From: an uncultured Alphaproteobacteria bacterium
GTDB taxonomy: Bacteria; Pseudomonadota; Alphaproteobacteria; Rs-D84
Length of the DNA stretch: 57,912 nt
Direction of reading: 5' to 3'
NCBI GenBank assembly: GCA_944390185.1
Contig: CALXPA010000001.1
Coordinates: 1 to 57,912 of the forward strand
In this document: in pieces, positions 18,584 through 27,036 of the stretch
Layout: every line of letters begins with the position of its first letter
Numbering within the stretch: the stretch's first letter is position 1
Program-made: the position numbers and the translations under genes
Notes under the pieces: model-generated
What the model saw: the letters and a program-made list of their open reading frames with translations, nothing else
Told to the model about the DNA's origin: nothing
Database searches by the model: none

Positions 18584-18606
18584 CGCACCGCATGGTGCGT
18601 TTTTTA
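18584..18606 (+). terminator. Terminator after the tRNA-Asp-like sequence
   Basis: Stem CGCACC-GCAT-GGTGCG followed by T6. Confidence 0.7.
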
Positions 18607-18676
18607 TGCTATTGACAATCCCCAGGGCGCTGTGCGACAATGCCAGCGCAGAAACAATTAAAACAAAGGGGAAAAC

Positions 18677-19162
18677 ATGAATATCAAATCTTTTGCTGCA
18701 ATCGCAGGCGTATTGGCGTTGGCGGCATGTGGTGACAACACACCAAATCCAGAATTGCTAAAGGGTGCAAACTTTATCGCGTCGGGCGATGGCACTGATA
18801 TTACACTGTCGTTTGCGGCGGATGAAATGCGCGTAAATGGTCGTGTGGTTAATCTGTACAATGGTACGTACAGTGTCGATGGCGACAAGATTAAATTCAG
18901 CCCATTTGCATCAACTATGATGATGGGACCAATGGATGCGATGCAGACAGAACAAGACTATTTTCAATTCATGACAACGGTTGAAACATACGATTTGACA
19001 TCAGATGGTCGCCTGACCCTGGTCAATGCGGACGGTAAAGAAATTGTATTTCAACAGGTCGATGAACTGCCGGCGGACGATGCCGCTGTGACCCCGGATG
19101 ACGGTGTTCCTGCGGACGCGGTTGCGATTCCTGTTGCGGCGGAACCGGCCCAGGCAGAATAA
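18677..19162 (+). CDS. META-domain (HslJ-like) lipoprotein
   Basis: Lipobox LAAC, then ...NGRVVNLYNGTYSVDGDKIKFSPFASTMMMGP...E..F......YDL..DGRLTL. Confidence 0.6.
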   Translation: MNIKSFAAIAGVLALAACGDNTPNPELLKGANFIASGDGTDITLSFAADEMRVNGRVVNLYNGTYSVDGDKIKFSPFASTMMMGPMDAMQTEQDYFQFMTTVETYDLTSDGRLTLVNADGKEIVFQQVDELPADDAAVTPDDGVPADAVAIPVAAEPAQAE

Positions 19163-19230
19163 AAAACATTGACTGGGGCAATATTAACTTGACAAATCGA
19201 TATGCCCCAGTTATAATTTGCCGGCAATTT

Positions 19231-19306
19231 GGCCCCATCGTCTAGAGGCCCAGGACACCGCCCTTTCAAGGCGAGAACACCAGTTCGAATCTGGTTGGGG
19301 CTGCCA
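19231..19306 (+). tRNA. tRNA-Glu (TTC)
   Basis: Acceptor GGCCCCA/TGGGGCT, anticodon loop CTTTCAA, T-arm ACCAG-TTCGAAT-CTGGT, encoded CCA. Confidence 0.88.
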
Positions 19307-19524
19307 AAATAAACAACGACCCTTGCGGTCGTTTTTTATTTTGCTGTCAGTTCCCCAGATTTGAACTGGTACAGTTCGTGCGCGAAGTTGGTAAAAACAC
19401 GCGAAGCGTGTTTGAACCTTACGAGCCGAAAGGGGCCCACCACGCAGATATGCGTGGTGGGAATTTACAATCTGGTTGGGGCTGCCAAAATAAACACTCG
19501 ACCCTTGCGGTCGTTTTTTATTTT
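19288..19524 (+). repeat. Direct repeat of the tRNA-Glu 3' end plus terminator (19288-19342 and 19469-19524)
   Basis: About 55 nt starting in the T-loop (AATCTGGTTGGGGCTGCCA...ACGACC-CTTGC-GGTCGT-T6). One small indel or substitution between copies. Confidence 0.9.
19440..19469 (+). repeat. 30-nt hairpin module, copy 2 (CCACGCAGATATGCGTGGTGGGAATTTACA)
   Basis: See 18529-18558. This copy directly abuts the duplicated tRNA-Glu 3' fragment. Confidence 0.85.
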
Positions 19525-19585
19525 GACTTTGTGGGGGTGGAATTGTTATGATTTCTGTATTGGGTTTAACTGACTGCGGTGGGGG

Positions 19586-21058
19586 ATGGCGATGAAAAAA
19601 TTTGCTTTTATTTCATGTGGATTAATATTGGCGGCGTGTGGCGGTGGCGGCACATCATCAGGCCCCAGTACGATGGCGACGGTACCATCCACCCCCCAGG
19701 GCCAGGTAATAAAATCCAACCAGGTTGTCACAGGTATGACGTCTTTTATTGATAACGGCGAAAAACGTACAGACTATGTTTTGAGCGCCCTGGGGCCGGA
19801 TTATTTTCCTGAAGATATGTGGAACGGCAGAACAATTGTCATTACGCGCGGTGCATCTGGGGACGCGATGGCGGCGCCGGGGGTGACCAGGGGGGTGACC
19901 ACGGGGGCCGGGGCGTGCCGTTCGGTAACTGAATGCAGCCAGATGGCATTTGATAATATGCTGGAACAATTGGCAGATAATAAAATTGATCCTGATACAG
20001 TAACAGATACAGACCAACTGCGCCAGGCTTTGGCCATGATCGGGTACAGCGATGCGCTGGATGCAGATTGGACGGATGTTCGCGCGTACATCGTGGACAA
20101 CCTGGAAAATTTATCTGATATGGCCACCAATGTTTATTCGCAATATCGGGACTTTAACCTGGGGGATGTCGCGTTCACGATGGCATCGGCGTCAAATGGG
20201 GACAGGGCTGGCGCCAAGGATTTGATTACGTTCGATGTCAAAGACAATGGCGAAATTGGGGGAATACATCTGTGGACGTACAGGTCAGATGATGGCACGC
20301 TGGTGCCTGTGCCGGGTGCTGATGTTGTGGCCACGCGTGTTAACCGGGATAATTTGTTTACTGTGTCCCAGACGCGGGAACAGGACGATGGCAGCGTTGT
20401 CAATGTTTCTGGCGCAGTGTCTGTTGACACGTATGGTCGCGATTTTGATTTGACATATTCGGATTTCGGATTGCTGACGGGCAATATTACTACAACTACG
20501 ACTGGGCCAGATGGGTCGGAAAACACCGTGGTCCAGAAACAGTATGAACCATTTGCGGGTGGTTATACGAACAAAGAAATCGCATATAACGACATTAAAA
20601 ACATAGAAACAGAGTATGTGTTTAATAACGGGCGGGCAATTGGTTCGGTCAAGGCCCGTGATGGTTCTGATGATTTGTCGTTGCGTGGTACGGCAAATCT
20701 GCGGTTTCACGTTGATGACACGGGGCCGACAGAAACACTGAATATGAAATTTAGTAATTGGTACAATGTCACAATCGTCAAAGATGCCGATAACGCAGAT
20801 ATTCAATTCTCGGCCAATGGTGCCCAGATAAAGGATGTTTATCGTTTTACCAGTGCAGACGCCAATGACGGCGAATTTAGTACGTCAGACTTTTTAAATG
20901 GCGATTATAACGGTACCATCGTTACGGACAACAATGCGCCATATGGCAAGCTGGATATAAAGTATTACGGCGATGATAATCGCCCGACCGAGGCCACTGG
21001 TGTCATGAAATACATAAACGAAGGCATAGAGGCGAATATTGCCTTTGGCGTGAAATAA
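19586..21058 (+). CDS. Large lipoprotein with C-terminal TbpB/fHbp-like beta-barrel domain (putative surface lipoprotein)
   Basis: Lipobox LAAC followed by a GGGG linker. C-terminus ...LDIKYYGDDNRPTEATGVMKYI......NIAFGVK resembles the ..FYG..A.E.GG.F.....GAFGAK ending of TbpB-type barrels. The start may be the ATG at 19592. Confidence 0.5.
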   Translation: MAMKKFAFISCGLILAACGGGGTSSGPSTMATVPSTPQGQVIKSNQVVTGMTSFIDNGEKRTDYVLSALGPDYFPEDMWNGRTIVITRGASGDAMAAPGVTRGVTTGAGACRSVTECSQMAFDNMLEQLADNKIDPDTVTDTDQLRQALAMIGYSDALDADWTDVRAYIVDNLENLSDMATNVYSQYRDFNLGDVAFTMASASNGDRAGAKDLITFDVKDNGEIGGIHLWTYRSDDGTLVPVPGADVVATRVNRDNLFTVSQTREQDDGSVVNVSGAVSVDTYGRDFDLTYSDFGLLTGNITTTTTGPDGSENTVVQKQYEPFAGGYTNKEIAYNDIKNIETEYVFNNGRAIGSVKARDGSDDLSLRGTANLRFHVDDTGPTETLNMKFSNWYNVTIVKDADNADIQFSANGAQIKDVYRFTSADANDGEFSTSDFLNGDYNGTIVTDNNAPYGKLDIKYYGDDNRPTEATGVMKYINEGIEANIAFGVK

Positions 21059-21145
21059 AAGTATGACCGGGTTAAAATACCTTTGTAGTCATGTTCTTTT
21101 TCGGGTATAATACACGGGTCTGAAATTTAACCAAGGGGGATTTTT

Positions 21146-21793
21146 ATGAAAAATTTAGTTGTTTTTGCCGCGTCTTTATCTGTGCTGGCGGCATGTACGA
21201 CGGTTAATCCGTATACGGGCCAGGCCCAAACATCCAAGGCCGTATGGGGTACCGCAATTGGTGCCGCAACAGGTGCGGCGACGGGCGCGTTGGTATCGGA
21301 TAACCATGGCACAGGCGCGTTAATTGGTGGTCTGGCGGGTGCCGCAATGGGTGGTGGCGTTGGGTATTACATGGATACGCAAGAGGCCGAATTACGTGCC
21401 GAGCTGGCGTCAACCGGGGTCAGTGTTATTCGCGATGGCGATAATATTCGTCTGGTTATGCCGGGCAATATCACATTCAAAACAGATTCTGCGGACATAA
21501 ACGCCGGATTTTATTCGACATTGAATTCTGTGGCCAAGGTTTTGAATAAATACGATAATTCGACAGTTATGGTCATGGGATTCACCGACAGCACGGGCAG
21601 TGCACAATACAACCAAACACTGGCCCAGAATCGTGCGAACGCGGTTGCTGCATATCTGCAGGGCCAGGGCGTTGCCGCCACGCGTTTTGAAATTTTGTCT
21701 ATGGGTTCGTCTAATCCAATTGCGGATAATTCAACTGCTGCCGGTCGCCAGCAAAACCGCCGTGTGGAAATTAAAATTATTCCAAACAAGTAA
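21146..21793 (+). CDS. OmpA-family lipoprotein with glycine-zipper segment (YiaD-like)
   Basis: Lipobox LAAC, glycine zipper GTAIGAATGAATGAL..GALIGGLAGAAMGGGVG, OmpA_C motif GFTDSTGSAQYNQTLAQNRANAV...NRRVEI. Confidence 0.8.
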   Translation: MKNLVVFAASLSVLAACTTVNPYTGQAQTSKAVWGTAIGAATGAATGALVSDNHGTGALIGGLAGAAMGGGVGYYMDTQEAELRAELASTGVSVIRDGDNIRLVMPGNITFKTDSADINAGFYSTLNSVAKVLNKYDNSTVMVMGFTDSTGSAQYNQTLAQNRANAVAAYLQGQGVAATRFEILSMGSSNPIADNSTAAGRQQNRRVEIKIIPNK

Positions 21794-21794
21794 A

Positions 21795-21825
21795 ATAAAA
21801 CCCGCATCGCGGGTTTTATTTTTTG
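21795..21825. terminator. Bidirectional terminator between the OmpA-family gene and rlmN
   Basis: Stem AACCCGC-ATC-GCGGGTT flanked by an A-run and a T-run. Confidence 0.75.
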
Positions 21826-22913
21826 TGTTTCAGACGCAATTGGCCACATGCACTGCCGATATCGTTTCCGCGTTCGCGCCGTATTCGTGTATGCACGCCG
21901 TTTTTAATTAAAATATCCTGGAATCGATGCACAGCATTGCCGGATGGCGATACAAAATCGCGTTCATCCACCGCGTTCCATGGAATCAAATTCACCATGC
22001 AATTCTGGCCGCGCAACAGTTCAGATAATTTTTCGGCATATTCCGGCGTACAGTTTAATAATTCTGGTTCGCCATTTTCGCCCCGCACCGCCAACAGTAT
22101 ATATTCAATCATCAGTTGTCGGTTATGCAGTCCTGAAAATTCAAACGCCGCGTCCAGCACATCTTGTAAATGGTATTTATTGTTAATCGGCATAATTTTG
22201 CTGCGCAGTTCATCTGTTGGTGCATGTAATGATATGGCCAGGTTGATTGGCCGTCCCCACCGGGTTAATTCGTGGATTCCGGGGACAATACCGCACGTTG
22301 AAACTGTAATTTTACGCCATCCGATACCCATGTCTGAATTTGCGCGTTCAATAAATCCGATAACATTTTCGACATTTTGCAGTGGTTCCCCCGTACCCAT
22401 AATAACGATATGCGACACATCGCCGTTATTGGCGTCGCCATTTGGCCGAATTGGTTTGTCAGACAGTTTGTCATTGCGTAATTCCCACTGGGCGACCAGA
22501 ATTTGCGCATAGATTTCATTTACGGTCAAATTGCGTTTTAGCCCCAGCAGTGTACTGGCACAGAATTTACATCCCATGGCACAGCCGGCCTGGGAACTGA
22601 CGCATACGCTGTTGCCGTAACTGGTTCGCATCAGAACGCATTCAATTTGTTCGCCGTCCCCCAGTTCTAATAAAAACTTGGTCGTTTGGCCGTCTGACGA
22701 TTCCAGTTCTTTCACCACCCGCAGTGGCAGTGTTTGTGCGTTTGCGTTTAAATCATCGCGCAGTTTTTCCGGCAGATTTTTCATTACCGAAAAATCCGGT
22801 GCCCCACGATTTAACCATTCACGAATCTGTTTTGCGCGAAATCGCGGCAATCCCATGTTTTCAACGAACTGGGCTAATTCTGCATCGGTCATATTAAACA
22901 GGATTTTTTTCAT
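21816..22913 (-). CDS. rlmN: 23S rRNA/tRNA (adenine-C2)-methyltransferase RlmN (radical SAM)
   Basis: Cysteine motif GCAMGCKFCAS, with overall RlmN-like N- and C-termini. Confidence 0.9.
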   Translation of the reverse strand: MKKILFNMTDAELAQFVENMGLPRFRAKQIREWLNRGAPDFSVMKNLPEKLRDDLNANAQTLPLRVVKELESSDGQTTKFLLELGDGEQIECVLMRTSYGNSVCVSSQAGCAMGCKFCASTLLGLKRNLTVNEIYAQILVAQWELRNDKLSDKPIRPNGDANNGDVSHIVIMGTGEPLQNVENVIGFIERANSDMGIGWRKITVSTCGIVPGIHELTRWGRPINLAISLHAPTDELRSKIMPINNKYHLQDVLDAAFEFSGLHNRQLMIEYILLAVRGENGEPELLNCTPEYAEKLSELLRGQNCMVNLIPWNAVDERDFVSPSGNAVHRFQDILIKNGVHTRIRRERGNDIGSACGQLRLKHKK

Positions 22914-23734
22914 AATTTATACCTGTCATCATTTATTACAATCACGGCCTTGCGACGCAGTTGTTTCAGTTGTTGATCTGCGATGAACATGGCCTGTTTA
23001 AATTTAGTGTTTTGTTCAATGATATCGTCCAGTTTACCATACTCGTCAGTCTTTTTCGTATCGCACACCAACAGCACGGACCGGTCAACCACCGGCGACC
23101 ACGTCAGCCGCGGCAGATTTACCACGCGTTCGCGAATATCTGTGGCCAGTTCATATTGGACCGCTGTAAATTTCTGTGGTGCCCCGCCCAGACGCCGTGC
23201 CATATCCATTGCGTCATCACAGCTGGTCGGTTTAGTCAATTGGGCCGCCACATCGGCGGGAATATCAATCAATCGCACAATAGTCATTTCAATCGGTAAT
23301 CCCTGGTCCAGGGCGATTTCTGTGCGCTGGGCGGCGACGTCGGCATCTGTGATGTCCACGGTTGGCAATATCGTGCGTGCAACGATAATCTGCCATGCGA
23401 TTTCCGCACGCAGCGCCGATTTCGCCATTGCGCGTTCAGTTGCCGATAAATCCCCCAGGTTCATTTTCTTTAATTCTGCGTCCACAACGTCATCATCTGG
23501 TACCGCATTAAAATTCGTTGCATAGGCCAGTTTTACGTTATCGTCAATTATGTTTTGCAGTGCCTGGCGTCGATTATCCGTGGACATTTTTCCCTGTTTG
23601 TTCATCAGTGTTACGCGTGCGGTGATATCTGCATCTGTGATTGGTGTGCCATTAACAGACGCCACAACACTGGCCCCCTGTGCCGGTACTGCAAACACCC
23701 CCAGTAATATCCCAATCATTATGATTTTTTTCAT
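22910..23734 (-). CDS. SurA-N-terminal-domain-like periplasmic chaperone (no obvious parvulin domain)
   Basis: Signal peptide, then ...VASVNGTPITDADI..RV......... It sits immediately downstream of lptD, and its stop overlaps the rlmN start (ATGA). Confidence 0.55.
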   Translation of the reverse strand: MKKIIMIGILLGVFAVPAQGASVVASVNGTPITDADITARVTLMNKQGKMSTDNRRQALQNIIDDNVKLAYATNFNAVPDDDVVDAELKKMNLGDLSATERAMAKSALRAEIAWQIIVARTILPTVDITDADVAAQRTEIALDQGLPIEMTIVRLIDIPADVAAQLTKPTSCDDAMDMARRLGGAPQKFTAVQYELATDIRERVVNLPRLTWSPVVDRSVLLVCDTKKTDEYGKLDDIIEQNTKFKQAMFIADQQLKQLRRKAVIVINDDRYKL

Positions 23735-23754
23735 TTTTGGCGTCCTTTGTTGTT

Positions 23755-25767
23755 TTAATAGCGTTGACCATTTATGCTCATCCCAAAGCGGAATTGAAAG
23801 GTCGTTGTTCCGACATAGTCTTCTTTGACGGCGTTATCCCGACGATATTCCACCGACAGGTAATAGCACGGATGTGTATAGAATATCCCGCCAGTATGCC
23901 GTTGGAATTCACCGTATGTCATGTTGTATATCGCATTAAAGCGCACCGACCAGCGGTCTGTCAATTGGATGCCAATCCCCGCCATTAATTCATTTATGTC
24001 ATCACCCATGGTATACGCATCGATAAATTGCTGGGACCATATGTGGCCGATATCGATATAGTTACGCGATGTCCCGATTATTGCGGTTGTTTCAATATGG
24101 CGCATAGACAAATCGTCCTGGGCCAGTCTGAACCGCGTGGCCAGGTCAATCCACTTCATATTATTGTATTCCAGTCGGCCGACATAATCCGATGCGCCAT
24201 TTCTAAATCCACTGTTTGGATCGGTTGTTGCGCGGTCGCGGAAATCATACGTCTGGCCCAAGAATAATTCGAACATATGTCCGTCCGGGTTAAATGCCGC
24301 ATATCGCACACCATAGTCGGCATACGTGCCGTTTTCCCACAGGTCCAGCCCAGCAAAACGATTATCAGAAAACAGCGTCGCATCGGACAACAACGCGCCC
24401 GCAGAATCATTGTCTATGTTCAGTTGATCTTTTTCTGTGTGACGCATAATAGTTAACCGTGCCCGGGGTTCAATAACCTGGGTCCATGTATCGGTCGGAC
24501 GAAACAGTGGTAATGACCATTCCAGGTAACCACTGGGCAAGAATCTGTTTTTCAATCCCGAAAATTCGGCGGTGTCGACCAAATCTGTCTTGTAGAAATT
24601 ATACAAGTCATATCGTGCCGATACACTGGCGGTCAGCCTGTTTCCACCCCACAGTGTCCATGGCGACACGATACGTGCATCGCCAATCATACGCTGGGAC
24701 GATGTGCCATCCCCCGATATACCCAATACGTCTGCATCCAATGTGACATAGGTTTCTTGGAACAGTGGTTGTGTCTGGTATGTGGCGCGAATGTTCGGCA
24801 AAATATTCCCAGATGGCGTGGAATAGTGCCCATATGTGCTGCGCAGTTCTTGGAATATATGTGCATCGGCGACGACGTATCCAGATTGACCGAATAATTC
24901 CAGGCGTGCCCCAGAATCCAAATACGGCTGGTCATTATAGAATCCATATTTCTGCAAAAACGTGTTATCAGACGCGCGTTCCAGAAATACTGTGGCGCGT
25001 GCATATTCGCCCAGTTCAATTACATCGTTGTTGAAAATATACCAACGACTTTCACCATCGCGATTGTGTGTGAACGCCCCATTTGTGCGATATTGCGAAT
25101 GGTCCAGGTTCAGCCGATGTTCTATTTGAAACAGTGGATTTTCTTCGGTCAGATATGATGTTGTAAACGTCATATCGTGCGTATCAGAAAACGCAATATA
25201 CAGCGGCAGATTTATCTGGGTCCCCATGTTGTTGGTGGAACCAAAATCCGGCATCAAAAATCCTGTTTTATGTCGGATGCCGGGGTCAGGCATTTCAAAG
25301 AACGGTAACCAGAATACCGGGATATTATACGTGCGTAATACAGGGTTATAGAATCGCAACATACGGCTGTCCATGTCATGCACGATTTTCTGGGTTGTGA
25401 TTTTCCATGCGTCACCGTATGCGTCACAGTTATCGCATGCAGTAAACGTTGCATTGTACGCGATTGTTTCAATACCCTGGCGTACAATGTTATCTGATTC
25501 CACATACACATGATCCCCCAGCCACAGTTTAATATCGTCACCTGATAAACTGTCGCCATCCTTGGACAGGTATGAATCGGTCAGTGTCATTCGCTGGCCA
25601 GAGGCATTAACAATTTCGGTATTGCCAGTGGTTTTTATTGTTTCTGTTTGCGCGTTATATTCGATTTTATCGGCGGTAATAGTTTTTGGTGTATCGACAT
25701 CAATTGCCGCCCCGTTCGCGGCAGTATATGTTGCATACACAATCAAAAATACGACCAGTTTTTTCAT
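23755..25767 (-). CDS. lptD: LPS-assembly outer-membrane protein LptD
   Basis: Signal peptide, OstA-like N-domain (...ITADKIEYNAQTETIKTTGNTEI...), CDNC motif and a large beta-barrel. Confidence 0.85.
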   Translation of the reverse strand: MKKLVVFLIVYATYTAANGAAIDVDTPKTITADKIEYNAQTETIKTTGNTEIVNASGQRMTLTDSYLSKDGDSLSGDDIKLWLGDHVYVESDNIVRQGIETIAYNATFTACDNCDAYGDAWKITTQKIVHDMDSRMLRFYNPVLRTYNIPVFWLPFFEMPDPGIRHKTGFLMPDFGSTNNMGTQINLPLYIAFSDTHDMTFTTSYLTEENPLFQIEHRLNLDHSQYRTNGAFTHNRDGESRWYIFNNDVIELGEYARATVFLERASDNTFLQKYGFYNDQPYLDSGARLELFGQSGYVVADAHIFQELRSTYGHYSTPSGNILPNIRATYQTQPLFQETYVTLDADVLGISGDGTSSQRMIGDARIVSPWTLWGGNRLTASVSARYDLYNFYKTDLVDTAEFSGLKNRFLPSGYLEWSLPLFRPTDTWTQVIEPRARLTIMRHTEKDQLNIDNDSAGALLSDATLFSDNRFAGLDLWENGTYADYGVRYAAFNPDGHMFELFLGQTYDFRDRATTDPNSGFRNGASDYVGRLEYNNMKWIDLATRFRLAQDDLSMRHIETTAIIGTSRNYIDIGHIWSQQFIDAYTMGDDINELMAGIGIQLTDRWSVRFNAIYNMTYGEFQRHTGGIFYTHPCYYLSVEYRRDNAVKEDYVGTTTFQFRFGMSINGQRY

Positions 25768-26822
25768 TTTCTAAACAGTGCAAACAACACCCCGCCCAGT
25801 GTGACAAATATCCCGACTGTTAATAATACAAAATCAGTAACGCTATCAATCATATTAGACAGTGACATAAACGCCGACATTGCGACCGCCATGGCGGCAA
25901 CTGCGATGGCTGGTGCCACGCTGGCGCGTCGACGTAACAACGATGTCCGCAGCAATATCACCGTGCACAGTGCGGCCAGAATCAGGTTCATAATCGGTCC
26001 CAAGAATCGTGTTGCCAATTCGGCCAAAACCATTTCATGCTGTTTTTCTGATGGCGAATCCAACACAGATTTTACCAGCGTTAACGTCGGTATGCGGCGC
26101 ACACGAAAAGATGCCTCGTCCTCTTTATCGGCGACATTCAGGTCCATATCAAAACTGTCGAATGTTCCCGTGGTTAACGTATCGCCATTCGCCTGCAGTG
26201 AACCGTTGGTCATAACAATCGACAACCCGCGTGGCGTTGATACCAGTTTACCTTTTTCTGCGAATATTGTGACCGGTGTGGTATCGTCCCGCATGTCCGA
26301 CAGCATCACCTGGGACAGGTCGTGCCCAGATACCTTGTCTACATATACGACCAATCCATTGGTCAGTTGTGTGAACGCAGATTCTTGTAATTTCAGGTGC
26401 GCCAAACCATAGCGCAGATTCCACTGGGTACTGTAAAACAATGCCTGGGTTCGTGGAACAACCCACAGATTCAGCAGCATATGCACCAATGTCAGCACGA
26501 CCGCCATCCACAGTGCAGGGCGCGCAATCTGGGCCGGCGACAGCCCCGACGACGCCATAACGGTTACTTCGTTATCAGAAATCAACTTGTTATACACAAA
26601 TATTATCGCGATGAACGTAACAAATGGAATGATAATAGATATAATAAACGGTATCATCAACACCGTCAGGCCCAAAAAACTGGTCAATTCGATACCGTAA
26701 CTTAACAGCATTTTCATCATTGACATGATTTGCATCATCCATGCCAATCCTGTCAGTACCAGCAACAGCATTATAAAAATCGCGACCAGTTGACGCGAAA
26801 AATACCTGTTCAATATTTTCAT
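25764..26822 (-). CDS. LPS export ABC transporter permease, LptF/LptG family
   Basis: Begins MKILNRYFSRQL..., with 6 TM segments and ...NEVTVMASSGLSP.... ATGA overlap with lptD. Only one of the usual two permease genes is present. Confidence 0.8.
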   Translation of the reverse strand: MKILNRYFSRQLVAIFIMLLLVLTGLAWMMQIMSMMKMLLSYGIELTSFLGLTVLMIPFIISIIIPFVTFIAIIFVYNKLISDNEVTVMASSGLSPAQIARPALWMAVVLTLVHMLLNLWVVPRTQALFYSTQWNLRYGLAHLKLQESAFTQLTNGLVVYVDKVSGHDLSQVMLSDMRDDTTPVTIFAEKGKLVSTPRGLSIVMTNGSLQANGDTLTTGTFDSFDMDLNVADKEDEASFRVRRIPTLTLVKSVLDSPSEKQHEMVLAELATRFLGPIMNLILAALCTVILLRTSLLRRRASVAPAIAVAAMAVAMSAFMSLSNMIDSVTDFVLLTVGIFVTLGGVLFALFRK

Positions 26823-26908
26823 ATTCGTCAGTATAAAGCCCAAAATCACAACCGTCAAATATATTTAGCAAAATATGCGCCAAAAATCTGTAAAAAATCA
26901 GATTTTTC

Positions 26909-26936
26909 TTGCATTTATGCGATTCGTGAATATAAT
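26909..26936 (+). promoter_or_regulatory. Sigma-70-type promoter upstream of nusA
   Basis: TTGCAT, 16-nt spacer, TATAAT. A leader hairpin GCGGGGT...ACCCCGC follows at 26965-26989. Confidence 0.5.
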
Positions 26937-27036
26937 GACAGTGTTCTTAAAAGTTTTTTTAAGGGCGGGGTTGCCGGATGGGACCCCGCTCTTTCAGTAA
27001 AAAGCGGACGTACATAAAACAAATCGAAGGAGAATT

